Assembly (NCBI GenBank): GCA_964106645.2
Contig: OZ067043.1
Origin: Podarcis pityusensis
Taxonomy: Eukaryota
Reading direction: 5' to 3' (one strand)
Length of the DNA stretch: 64,000 bases
In this document: positions 1 to 12,800 of the stretch, piece by piece
Layout of the letters: each line of letters begins with the position of its first letter
How positions within the stretch are numbered: the first letter of the stretch is position 1
Notes under the pieces: generated by a model
Database searches by the model: none
The model's input: only the letters and a program-made list of their open reading frames with translations
What the model was told of the DNA's origin: nothing
Translations under genes and position numbers: made by a program

Positions 1-439
1 GGTGATGATGGGGGCTCAGGAAAAATAAACTAGGGCAAAGGCGACGTCTCTCCAAGAGGCCGAGACTCCCACCCACCGCTGGCCCCGCCTCGGAGTGGGA
101 AAAGGAGAACTGGGGAGATCCGTCGGAAGAACGAGGTGGGCAACCCCTAACTCCGAAGGGAGTCGGGTAAGGGAGGTTCGCCTCCACCCAGGCGAGCTAA
201 GGAGGTAGGTGGGGGACCAGGACGATATGGGGTGATCTTTGCAAGCCCCGCGCCGACCAGTCCTGCGCCCCTCCTTGGCTGAGCAGCCCAGTAGTGTGGC
301 CTGGCCAAAAGACCCCGCCTGAGCAACTGCCTGCCACGAGGGGGCCACTCCCCTCTCGGATTGGCACCCGTTTTCCCACGATTGCTGGGGTACGGGCTGA
401 AGTTTCCTCCAGCCGTAGGTAAAAGAGCACTTGCAAAAG

Positions 440-900
440 AGAAAAGCCCCCCTGTGCAAACTTGCACATCGCGACACGCCCCCCTCCGCTTGCCTTTCTG
501 GCTCCTTTTTAGCACTAGCACGAGGATTTCCCTATCGCCCAGTCCAGTCTGTCTCTGCATTCCTGCCGCAAGGGGGACCTTCCTTCCCAGTTCCGGGATG
601 TAGTTCCGTCTGTTTGCACAGCAAAATGCTTTCTATGCAATTATCTGGCCGCGCTTGGGGACCGTTTGATGTGGGATGTGTGGTAGTGGATCCGCTGCTT
701 TTGAGTGTTGTGCTTGGTTTTTGATCGTAGCCTTTCCGACCCTGCTTATTTTGATGGTAAAGATGCCATTCTTGTTTTGGGATCTGATCCGGCAGCTTTG
801 CTAGTGTTTGTGTTTCTGAGATTCTAGCATTGGGCGGCGGGGAGTCTGAGTGACACACTGAAAAACGTACCAGTGCAACATTATTCATCGGTGGTAAGGA
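440..900. promoter_or_regulatory. GC/CpG-rich putative promoter upstream of the TMEM205-like gene, possibly bidirectional
   Basis: CpG-rich 1-700. GC boxes, TCGCGA near 470, and TTCCGGGATGTAGTTCC at 591-607 (reverse complement resembles the ZNF143-associated ACTACAnnTCCC motif and overlaps an ETS-like CCGGAA). A donor-like GGTAAG lies near 894. No transcript data available. Confidence 0.35.
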
Positions 901-1654
901 AAGTTTTGTTTTGAAGTTAATATTTCAACTTGCTAGTCGCTGAAAACCTGTTTGAAATGTCTTTGGCCGCCCACTCAGCTGCAGCACCTGCTATTCTTTC
1001 AGACTGAAGGGACGTGACAGTACCGCTATACTAAGAGGATCAAGAGCGCAATTTATAATCGTGGGATTCCTTTATGCAGAGTTCTTGCTCATGTACTCCT
1101 AATTGCAATTTATCTGAGAAACCCTTGCGGAATACGTTATTTGTCTTTTGCAAGCCTCAGTTTCCCTTTTGTGTTGCAGGTTGAAGGGATGAGGAAGACA
1201 AGTGTCAGCTTATGTGTTTCTCTGAAAGTAAACTGCTCATCTTGAGGTACTTAGAAGTTTAAGGAGTGGAAAAAACCTGTTACTCTCCTAGTTTGCTTTT
1301 CCTATATTATATGCAATATTCTGTTCAGATCAGGATGTGCGTTACCCTGCTGAAAATATTTTACTGATTGGAATAAGGAGCATGTTGCTGCAATCCATAA
1401 CAATTTAAGAGTCACTTCTCATGAAGCCTCTCAAAGCAGTTTCACAATGCAATAAAAACCATGTAAAACCATTTAAAATAAATTCAGGTATGCACTCTTT
1501 TGTTATAGCAAGTGGCTTTGATGAGCAACTATTAGTTGGGATCTACATTTGTAGTTGATTCTCCACCCGAGGGTCTGTAACAGCAAGTGTATTTTTGGTA
1601 GGTGATTGGAGGGTGACCGGGTGGGATGGCTGCGGGACCTGCTACAGACAATTA

Positions 1655-2003
1655 CCGTATTTTTCGCCCTACAGGACGCACCTTTTCCCCTCCAAAAATG
1701 AAGGGGAAATCTGTGTGCGTCCTATGGGGCGAATGCAGGCTTTCGCTGAAGCGTGGAGAGTGAGAGGGGTCGGTGCGAAGGAAGCGACCAGCAAGACTGG
1801 GGAGCCTGCGGGAGTTCCCACAGGGATCCCTAGGCTGCGGATAGCAGCCTGCTGCACGCAGCGCGGGGCGCACTGAAGCAGAGCGCCCCGTGCTTCGGGC
1901 AGATATCCGCGGCTGGGGGGGGGAATAATTCCCCCCTTTATTCCCCCCCCCAAAACTAGGTGCATCCTATGGGCCGGTGCGTCCTATAGGGTGAAAAATA
2001 CCG
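1655..2003. mobile_element. Tc1/mariner-pogo-type MITE
   Basis: Imperfect ~27 bp TIRs ccgtatttttcgccctacaggacgcac / gtgcgtcctatagggtgaaaaataccg, with TA on both sides; no coding capacity. Confidence 0.75.
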
Positions 2004-2981
2004 TACTGAATAATTTTTTTCATTCCTGCTTGTGGGTTTCTAGATACTAATGATGTAGGAGTTTGAGTTTCTGCTAGCCCACACCATTCTAATGGTTTGG
2101 GGCCGTACCAAAATTTACATTATGCCCTTTGCATCCACTTTGTTACAGCACTCTGGACATTTTAAGAATTTCTCCATAATAATTTATGTGCCCCTCACAT
2201 GGCAACCACCACACATGGAACATTTCCTCTAGCAGGGTTTCCCAAACTTGGGTCTCCAGCTGTTGTTGGACTACAACATAAATTTGTGACATTGGAAGTG
2301 GCCCTAATTTTTGGTAGGCTGGAATAATTGCTTTGAGCTAAATCCAGACCTACTTTACCCAGCCTAAGCATTGACTGGGGTCAGAATTTACCTGAAGTAA
2401 CAGAGAAGCTTCCCTCCACTGTAATTTGAAGGCCATGGAATAAATGCTGGAAAAAATGAATAAATAAGAAGTCTGTGTTCCAAGTCCTTAAGAATGCAAC
2501 CCACACCCCTCTGTAATCACTGGTTAAATGCTCATTGGCATTAATGGTCCCAGATGTTGCCCAAAGCCTTTAAAACCTGCACCTGGCTTTATGGTGGCAT
2601 ATGGTGTGCTGACCTGGCCATCTTTTTATCAGTCTAGTCAAAAGGGGAGGTTATGAGCGCCACTGTTCACAGATGTCTCAGAATACCTTTCTCTTGGGAG
2701 CACTGGCTGAGAATTTTGTTAAGCACTATTAGCTGGTCCATTTAAATTCAACTCCTTCACAGCAGCAATACAAAACATATACCCCTAAGAAATGTGGTGT
2801 GAGAGAGAACACATGTGACAATTACGCACACTTTAATTTTGAGGGGACAGGACATTTCTGACTACTTTGAAGCTAAAGTAATTTTCTTTTGCCTCTCAGT
2901 GTGTCTGAACAGGTAAAACGAGTGTCTCCCAAGTTGAAGTTTGGCCAAGGGAGTTGCAAGCGACTTTCTTCTTGAAGTACC

Positions 2982-4702
2982 ATGTCCACAGATGCTGATC
3001 CCTCGACCTTAGTGAAAGTGCTCCACTTGGTTTTCCTTTCAACTTTCTGGGGAATGCAGATCTGGGTGACTTTTATAGCCAGTAGGTTGGGACCGTTCCA
3101 CAGCCCCCCTCTTTGCACATAGATGCTTAAAGGCCAAATTAATCATGGTTAATTTATTTAGGGAGGGATTCAACATTTGGAGAAATAGGAGTGCTCTGCA
3201 CTAGCATATGCAGTAAATTCAGAAAGGGGAAAAGGGCTACTTTAGCTTGGCAGTAAGATGTAGGCTGGGCAAATAGGGATAACACTGGCTGGCAAGAAGA
3301 TTTACTTTCTGGATTGGTGAGTCTATATTCCTAGACACCAAGCAGCTGAATGATGATGTTGTTGTGAAGGTAAAACCACCAAGTGTGGAAAATCCTAATA
3401 AACAATGGAAATAAGCATAGCTGTCAACTTTCGGATTTGAAAATAAGGGATCAGCAGCCTCACCTGTCCCAGGGACAGTCTACGGGATATCTAACAATCC
3501 GGGATAGCAGCGGAAAGCAGCAGGAAACAGCGCTGAAATAAGGGAATTTCCCGCAAAAAAAGGGAAGGTTGACAGCTACGGAAATAAGCCATTCTGAAGC
3601 TAGAAGAGATTATCTAAAACTGTATACGTCTGTTAATTTTGCATCCAATGGTTTTTTAAAAATAGCTATTCATTATTATTTTTAGCATTTGTAGCATTTA
3701 AATAACCTTGTTCCTTTGTGTTCGCCCCACTTGTTCTTGCAGGTTTTGTGATGGGCAACAATCTCTCACAACATACATTCGGATTCATTCAGAGTTGCCT
3801 CTTCCCTTATTACTTCCACATTGGCTCAGCTTGTGCTTTCATCAACCTGACCATATTTGCCATGTGTCACCCCAGCGAACTTCTCAATGAGGAAGAAACC
3901 ATGCAGGTAGTGGGCTCCCTCTTTTAAATATCACGTGCATCCGTTCGTCCGCCATTCTGCTTTGTTATATGGCCTCGCTTGTGATGGCATGCCTGCCTTA
4001 GGAAGAAGTGGTTGGACCGAGAAGCCACCCACGGTTACCAGCAGGGCACTCCTTGTGTTTCCTGTAACTACCACCACGGCTGGTAGGGGGTAGTGTTCAG
4101 ACAGTAGGTGGTGGGGCAGAGCAGCAAAGGAGCACAGTTTGGTGACTTGGCACAGGAATGGAACATCTTGCACCGAAATATACCCTATTAATCCTAATTT
4201 GAAAATGCAATGGCAGGGCCAACCCACAGGGTTATTTTAAGGATGATATGCACTGCTGGGGCCACAGGAACCTGCCTAGGTACCAGCCATGAATCTAAAT
4301 ATTATTCCTGCAAAGCGATTGCAGCTACATGTGATATGAAAACCCCCACATACTAGCTGATGCTACCAGACAATGAATAGTATAACTATCTTTCCTTTCC
4401 AGATTACAGTCTTCTTCATTTGCGTCATAGTTGCTGCTCTAAACGCTCAGTGGTTTGGGCAAGTGACTTCAGATATTATGGCCGAAATGCACCTGATTGA
4501 GCAAAGCTATGCCTTGGGAGAGGATGCTGGGTGGTTCCCGCATAAGTCCTTTATGCGGCTGCGTCAACTGGATTCTCATTACAGGGAGCTGACAAGCAGA
4601 CTGAGCATCTATCATGGTTTCTCTTCCCTCTGCAACCTGTGCTGCATCGCATGCAATGGCTTGAGCCTCTTCTATATGGCTGCTCACCTTTCAACATTAT
4701 AA
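2982..4702 (+). CDS. Transmembrane protein 205-like (TMEM205 paralogue), 187 aa, 3 coding exons
   Basis: Exons 2982-3081, 3743-3906 and 4403-4702 join in frame with GT-AG introns. Protein MSTDADPSTLVKVLHLVFLSTFWGMQIWVTFIASFVMGNNLSQHTFGFIQSCLFPYYFHIGSACAFINL...YHGFSSLCNLCCIACNGL...HLSTL* contains the TMEM205 motifs WGMQxWVTF, HTFGxxQSxLFPxYFH and YHGxSSLCN. Confidence 0.88.
3416..3580. mobile_element. hAT-type MITE in TMEM205-like intron 1
   Basis: TIRs catagctgtcaac / gttgacagctacg with a perfect 8-bp TSD gaaataag (3408-3415 and 3581-3588). Confidence 0.85.
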
Positions 4703-6830
4703 GCACATGGGTAAATAACCTGCATGGGCATGATTGTGAAAAGATGGACTGCAAATGGCAGGAGCCAGGGCCTGGGTTGCTGTAGAGTGCTCCTCCAAGC
4801 AGGACTCACAGGTGCTTGGATCACCCTGTTCTGAGTGTAGCATGCTATCAGTTTTCCAGCCATCATTGGGTTGGCAGCCCATGCACTAATCAACCTTTCA
4901 TAGAACACTGGACTCCTTGTTGATCAATGAGACATCTCATTGTGATAGTAATACTTGGTCAGACAATTATGAGACAATTTAAATGCCACCAAAATACTTG
5001 ATGCAAGTAACAGGTTTCTTTTTGAAAATGAAAAATTCGTAAGCAGATGCCTACAGCTGAAAAAGGATTTGTCACTTCATGTGCCCTCTGCTCCCCTTAG
5101 TCTTCTAAAGGACCAGATGTTAACCTTTTAAGGTGGCTGCAGCCTTGCTAGTTATGGGTATCAGCTTAAGGGCACCTATGACTTCCTAACTGTGCTTGGT
5201 CCAGTCCAGGGAAAATCTCTTCTGATATCAAATATATTTGATACCAACTTCTGAAAAGGTAAAATGCTCTTCCCAGCCAAAAGGTTTTTAATTCTACCAT
5301 GGATTATATTAAAGCCTTACGTTCCAAAGAGCAACAACAGATGCGGTAATAAAACGAAATCTAACTGCAGTAATGAATTTGTTTCCCGGCCAAAAGTGCT
5401 CCTGTTCTTTATTTGCTATACAACAGAGGTCTAGTTTCAAAAGTCAAGCAGCCGTTTGGTACCTCCTTTTCCCTGGAGACAAGCACTAGCCAGAGTTGTT
5501 CAGGTAGAACTTGCCCTTCTATATAGGTTGAACTCAGGAGTAAGTTGCTGTACAGCACATTCCTTGCCTTATGCGTTTACTGGATCTTCCCACCTCCATG
5601 AAAAGTGATGTGAGTTCCAAGTTCAGAAAGCACATGCATGAGAGCACTTCAAAAACAATTAAGCTGTATACAGAGGGATGCCATAGACTCAGTGTGAAGG
5701 CGCATCCTTGAGATACTGTACTCTAGAAACAAGTCATTTTATGTTGTTTTTTTACTTGTTGTACATTAGCAGCATGGAGAAGGATGCTACTGTGGCCACA
5801 ACTTTAGCAATTGGGTAGGCATAAGAAATGTACCTCCGGAAATTAAAACCATAATTTAGAACCTATAAAATGTGCCCAGCTCCTTTTAAAACTTATTTTG
5901 GATAGGTTAATGCGATCTTGTCACAGCAAAAAGCCAGCAAAATTGTAAAGCTCTCAACAATGGCATTCCACATTCCTTTGCTGAAGTGCACAAGACAGTA
6001 GTGAATAAATCGCAGCTGTGGTTTAATCTCTGTGCCTATTGAGCAGGGGAACGCTCTGAATGAATCTATTGGAAAAGTAACAACAGGTGGCAGGCATTTA
6101 GGGGTCCCCCTCCATATTCTAAATATTCCAAAAACAGAATTGTTAGCTGTGCTTGCATAGCATTGGATGCAAGCATGCTCCCTGACCCCTAGATACACTT
6201 ATTTTATGGCACTTAAATCTGTAAAGTTATACTGTGTTGCCCCAAGCTGCAAGTAGAAGCCCCATTGAGATTAACACGGTTTATGGCAAATTGGATACTT
6301 CAAGAAATAATCAGATATTCGGGGGGTGGGGGGGTGGGATCTATTTCTCTCAAGCAAAACTCAGTGTATTAAATATCTAGGTGAATAACGTAACAGGAGC
6401 CCTGCTGGATCAGGTGAAAAAGAGGCTCATATAATCCAGCAAGTTGTACTCACAGTGCCCAAGCAGATACGTGCGAGGTGCCTGCATGCAGGACCCAAGT
6501 GCCACAGGGTTCTCCCCACCTGTGATACTCCGCAACTGGTATTCAGAGACATACTGCCTTTGACAGTGGAGAGTGAGGTTTTCTACTTGATGTATGCCCC
6601 GTTTTGTTCTATTCCTTTACTTTTAAGGAAATGTGAACGATGCTTATTCACCCCAATTAAATAGAAGTGCAGATGCAGTTTCTGTGGCTAGGATTAGGAA
6701 ATCTGCCATCTCGATGGTTGCAGAAGAAGATACATGTGTACGAAATGTTCCATCTTTCAGTTTATAAATCTAAAGAGGCCTTGTTCCATTATGTGTTGTA
6801 TTCCACCCCCACTCCCCTCAAAATGTTCAT

Positions 6831-9800
6831 TCACTTTAGCCAGTGGACCTTCTTCCCAAAGAAGTAGTTTTTAGAAAAAGGTGCAAGTTTCACCAAAACC
6901 AAAAAGGTAGGAGTTGCAGCTTTTATGAAGTACCTGCAAAAACAATTAGAAAGTCAACCTCCACTCTTGGCTCACAATATTTTAAGATAACCTTATATGC
7001 TTGTGTTTGTGCATGCATGTTTGCTTATACTACTGTCCCATTTCCCCACCCCATTCCACACTGAAAGATACTGGAATAACTTGATAGGTTAGATTCTCAC
7101 CTGCTCTACAAATTTGGAAGAAGATAGGACAGAAACATAATATGGGTGGGATTCACCTAACAAGCCCAGTCAGCAGAAGCTCTTATGCCCAGAAATTGGC
7201 TCTGGGCAGGGGTCAGGAGAATCTGCAGAATAGCGCACAGTGGAGAGAAAGGTAGGCTTCATTCTGTCTGGCAAGCTGAAATGTTTGCACAGAGGGAATG
7301 CTCACCACAGCACGATGCTCAAGTCCATCACCTGCTTTGACTGTTGGAACAATCTAATAGGCTAGGTTGGTAAGAAGAGATGTCCCCACTGCGAAGATCC
7401 ATGACATCCTAAAAGTTCAGGCAGGCACAACTGCAGCAAATTACCCTTTCTTTAGAAGCTGATCACCTAACCTTTTGCTGCAAGGCAGTCTAAAAATACA
7501 GCCACCTTTCAATGCAATGGCTATGCAATGTTATTCTCGTAAGTAACTGTCACGTCTAGCTGGTGCCACCAAGAGAAAACTGAGGCAGCTCTGTAGTGAA
7601 ATGGATGAATAAGCTTCAGCTGAAGCTGACACCTCTAATCTGAAGTGACAACATATGGGCAGTTTTGTTGGCTGTTGATATCTAAGACTACTGTATCCTT
7701 AACAGCAGAATCTGCTGACGAACAATTATTTCTCTGTCAGACTACTGTTAGAAAAAAAAAAATCCTTCTTGATTTTTTGAAGCAAGTAGATGGATCCTGT
7801 TGATTCAACATTACACACGTGTCATTTTGACAATAAAGATGAGTAACATGCAGTCCCCAGCTCAGAATCTCACCTTTGGTGCTGCAGTGCTTGTAGCAAT
7901 GTGGTTTCTGTGTCTATCTGGTATATCTCTCCTTTTTCTTCATCCTCAAAATACAGCTGTGCAATTTAATATGAAAGACAAATCAACTAAATATGTGAAC
8001 AAGGACAAGCAACATTACCTGTACAATATTTATGCAGGTCAGTAGGGCATCTGTAATACTAACAACCAACTACTCATGTGATGGAAAACCCTTTTTATTG
8101 CTTCCGTTTGAGACTGCAGTTTATTAGGGCAAGTTCTGGGAGTCCAGAATTGTGGTAGTTTAGGGGTTGTTTTTTACCGGATTTAATTTTATTTCTATTT
8201 ATTGCTTGCCATATACTTCAAGCCTTTGGAAGAGCTAAATAAATGAATTTTTATTCAAGCCTACAAATCTAAGTACTTAATGGAAGTTTTAAAACAATTT
8301 TGCAGTTGTTTATGGATAACACAACCCTCTGATTTGAGATTATTCTCTGCCTGTCTGACCTATCTGTGGCTATATCAGGGTTGGGGAGTTTGGCCCTCCA
8401 GATGTTTCTGGACTGCAAATCCTATTAACCCCAGCATAGCCAATGATCAATGAAGATGGTAATTTTAGACCCAACAGCATTTGAAGAGCCATGAGTTTCT
8501 CATTCTTCGCCTGGGATGCAGGTAGAGGCTGACTTAGGCTCTGTCAAACTCCATGATGAAGCTGTTGCTTAGTATACTGTTGTGTGAAGGCAAAAAGTGT
8601 GGTTGCTCTCTCAATCTTTGCTGGAAGGCTCCTTTTTACTCCCTCTAACCTCAGTCTTTCTGTCCCCTCTCTCTCCACCTCTGCTAGAGCCCATTGCTCC
8701 CCTCCCGCCCCTCCTTAGGGTATAAAAGGTCTAGACTCCAGGCATCCCACATGGGGCTACACTGCTCAGGGTTATATATATTAGAATATCCATTTTAAGA
8801 AAGGACAGATAAATGCCAAAAGGTGTTGTATCTTACCTCCAGTTCACTTGGAATATATTTCTTTTCTACATCCCAGGGAGGTAGTTCTTCAAACATGACC
8901 ATTAAGTGGTCAATAAATCTGAAACACAAGATGCATCATGTTACTCTCCAAGCCATTAAGTTCAGCTTCAGCAACTACTAGAGTTGAATTCAAGTAGATA
9001 CTGTACACTGACGCCTTTGGAATTCAAAGCAATGTAGCTTCATTAAAGGCTGCTAACCAACGCAGTATTTTTTAAAATTAAATTCTTCAATGCTTTTTTC
9101 AAAATAGGCACGCTCAGGAAGATCATAAATCTATTCTCTTATTTAAGGTTAATCCAAAAATAACTACTTTCTCACAGCACTGCTCAGAGTCTCTAAAATA
9201 GCTCACAACCACCACTTCATATAAACATGCTCTAAGACTCCAAAAGTTTTGGACCACAACTTCCATCATCCCTGTCCATTGCCCATGCTGGCTGGGGCTG
9301 AAATGAGTTGTAGCCCAAAACATTTGATGGAAGGCATCAGGTGGGGAAGACTTGTTCAGACATTACTGAGATTAGCAGATGAGGCTGGCAGGCATGCTCC
9401 CACTCCTACTCTTCACATTCAGAACATCTCAATGGTCTTACCAAAGTACTGGAAAACACAGCAAATAGAATGTGTGAATTGAACCCACTGCCTCCTCCCT
9501 CCCATATTATGTTCATTTGGATTTATATAAATTCAGCTTTAAAAAACAACCACCTCGATTCTTCATGAAAAGAGGAGATGAAGTCAGTTTGCCCATGCTC
9601 GGGATACAGGAACAGCACAGGCCAGGTTAGGCTGCCATTCTCATCTAAACAGACTTTGGCACCGATATCATTTTCTGAGCCAAGTCCATCTAAAGACATC
9701 TCAGCCAGGTCTGCTGATATCGTTGTGTCTTCCTTAGAGGATGCTAGAGACAATTTGATGTTCCGATCCTATATCGGAAGAGAAAAGAAAAAAAAATGAG

Positions 9801-12800
9801 GCAAGTATCCACATCTTTACACATTTAAAATTTCCAGGGGCAATTCTTCCCACCAAAAGAAAAAGTTACCTTGATAGCTTTGAGTAAGGCCTCCTTCCGA
9901 GACTGTTCCCTCTTCTCCTGCAATTTAGCTTTTCTGAAATCCCTCTCTTCAGTGCGCTGAAAGACAGACAAAGCTACATCGTTACTGTGGGGAGGAGAAT
10001 GCTGTTCCACCAGTCTTAGTCTACTGTATAAACAGGTTTCCATTTGCCCGCTTCTAACCTTTAGTCTATCAGCTTTAGCTCTTGTTTCCAGAAGTTTCTT
10101 TTCTTTTGGATCTATTCTCAATCCCTCCTCGCACCATGTTATGGCTTCAGAGAAGTGTTTAAGTTCCAAATGGCACAGTGCTCCTAGAAAAGCAATACAG
10201 TGGTTACATACGCTTCAGGTTACAGACTCCGCTAACCCAAAAATAGTACCTCGGGTTAAGAACTTTGCTTCAGGATGAGAACAGAAATCATGCAGCGGCA
10301 GGCCACATTAGCTAAAGTGGTGCTTCAGGTTAAGAACAGTTTCAGGTTAAGAATGGACCTCCAGAACGAATTAAGTTCTTAACACGAGGTACCACTGTAG
10401 TTTGTTTCACATATGTCTGCAGCAAACACAGATACACTCAACTAATTTTTAAAACATCAGTGTGGCAAACAGGGATGTACACTTACGCTGGTCAATTTGT
10501 TTCCAGACTGAAGGCAGTGAAGAGCCATAGAGGCCTGAATTCTAGGCTGACTTTTATTTATTTTCTTACATTTATGCCCTACTTTTCTTCCCTCATACAA
10601 CCTAACATGACCCTACATTTATTATTACTTTTAGAAGTATTTATAACCCACTCTTCACCGACTATTTTCAATCTCAGAGCAGGGAGCAACATAACAAATA
10701 ATAAAAGCATGTCCAGTAAATAGTAACAAATTTACAGTTCCATTGTAAGGCAAACAAAGCTAAACTACAATAAGGGCACCAATTGTAAAGATCTCCCACT
10801 CCTTTTCCAAAGTAGCAACACCACAAAAAACATCAACAAAAAAGACAAGGGTGGCAATAAGCCTCAACTCTTGTTTCTTTCTTCTTCCTGGTCCCAACGA
10901 AACTCGCAGGGCTCAAATTTGGTAGGGCTGCTGGGAAGGATGCGGCAGGTGGATTTGTGAGCATCTTCCATCTCTCCTTACTAGTGAGCACAAACAGCAT
11001 TCAGCATCCTCCTGTGGTTCCCAGATGCTAACGAGACCAAGACCTGCTTTGCTTCATTGGAGTGGTGGTCTCATGTGCCTTCAGACCACATGCTGCCCCT
11101 AACATACTGCAAATAACTTCGTTCCAAGGTTCCCATGCTTCTTCCTTCTCTTTATCTCAAGTAGACACAACCCTTTTAAGTAGCATTATGTTATTATTTC
11201 ATGGCACTTTGAAAGTTTACTTTTTAAGAATATTCTATACAAACTTTTATTGCTGTTATACAGTGCCCCCACTTTCTTAATTACATGGAGGCCTCTATTA
11301 AAATGCAACTGTTGAACATTCTTTTACCTCTTGTAATTGCCTTGAGGTGATTGGGTTTCAGTTTTCTTGCTGCGATAGCATCATTGAGAGCAGAGCGATA
11401 GTTACCTAAACAAAACATACCTCTGTAAAACCTGGGTCATTACATTGGATTTTTAAGGGAGGCTGGCAAATTGCTCCCTAAGAAACACTGGGCTACACTG
11501 AGGCAAGACACGTGAGGTCTTCAAATATGACATTAATTTATAAGGATAATGAAAAGAGGAGGCATTATAACAGGTAAGATACAGATTCCAAAGGCTGCCC
11601 CTCTTTTTTTAAAAAAAATGTATTTGATAAATAATAATTTGATTTTGTTGCAAAAACTTCAACACAACCTATTACTTCTTGGCTTTCTTTTCAGACTCTG
11701 TATTTGAGGCTATTCATCCCTACTAAAAACCAACAGCACTCAATTCTTTTTTTTTTATCCAGACTAGCTGCTCAAGAGACATCTCTGCTTGCACATACTG
11801 AATCTTGGGACCTGGAATACATTGGATCAAATTCTGTTTAACAAAATTTAAAGCACTGCAATGTGAACAGTGACAGCCAAACCAGACACAATATTATGCA
11901 TATTTGAGAGTAAGTCCCAAGGAACTCAGTGGTGCCTATTTTCTTTGGGAGCTCCACATACACTGTTAAATTAACATCTAACAAGGATCTTGTCAGATAT
12001 GGGTCTAAAATTTAGCATCCTCAATACTACTTGTTTGTTTAAAAAAACATTCAAAAACAACTTTATGACTGCTGGAACATACAGGAGAAAGTCCTACCTT
12101 TGATATTTTTCTGCTATATAGAATTTGAGCTAGGCACAATTTTGAATGCAATACATTACCCAAATAAAACTGGGCTGCAGCTCTGTTTGTATGAAGAACA
12201 GTATTCAATTCTAGGTCATTGCACTTCTTTTTCAGTCCTTCTGAATAGGATATCACAGCCTTCTTATAATCCTTTTCCTTGAAATAATCATTGCCCTCAT
12301 TCTTATAAGCCTGGGCTTGAAAAACACCAATAAAGATAAACATTGCAACGTTAGAAAAGCAATTATAAGCACTCCTTTAAAAGTCAAGTTATCTATAACA
12401 CATAAAGCACAAATCTTATGCTTCCCAGAAAACTCAGGCTAATCAGCCTGCTATACTATGGTTTTTTTTCTTTTACATCAAAGGGGGTCAAGGATATTTC
12501 TGCAGCTATTAAAGTTTTTAATGCTATGATAACCTCTCATTTTTTTATGGAGCTGCGCGTGCTGGCCAAGTTAAATTTCTACAAGTCCTATGAGCCCCAA
12601 TATGTATTTTTTGAAATGGGACGGTGCCCTTTCAAGATAAACACTTGGTTGTTAACCTTAAAGCTCTGGCTTAAAATCTTTATTTTCAAAATGGGAATAC
12701 AGTAGGGCCGTCAGCTCATTTATCTGTGGACACCTATTGCAGCATTTGGACAAAGGTTATGACAGAGGCTGTATTTGACTGTCACCCTTTCTCCTTCAAA

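Noticed and set aside
16-888. Several overlapping 80-150 aa ORFs
   Set aside because: No recognisable domains; expected by-product of GC-rich sequence.
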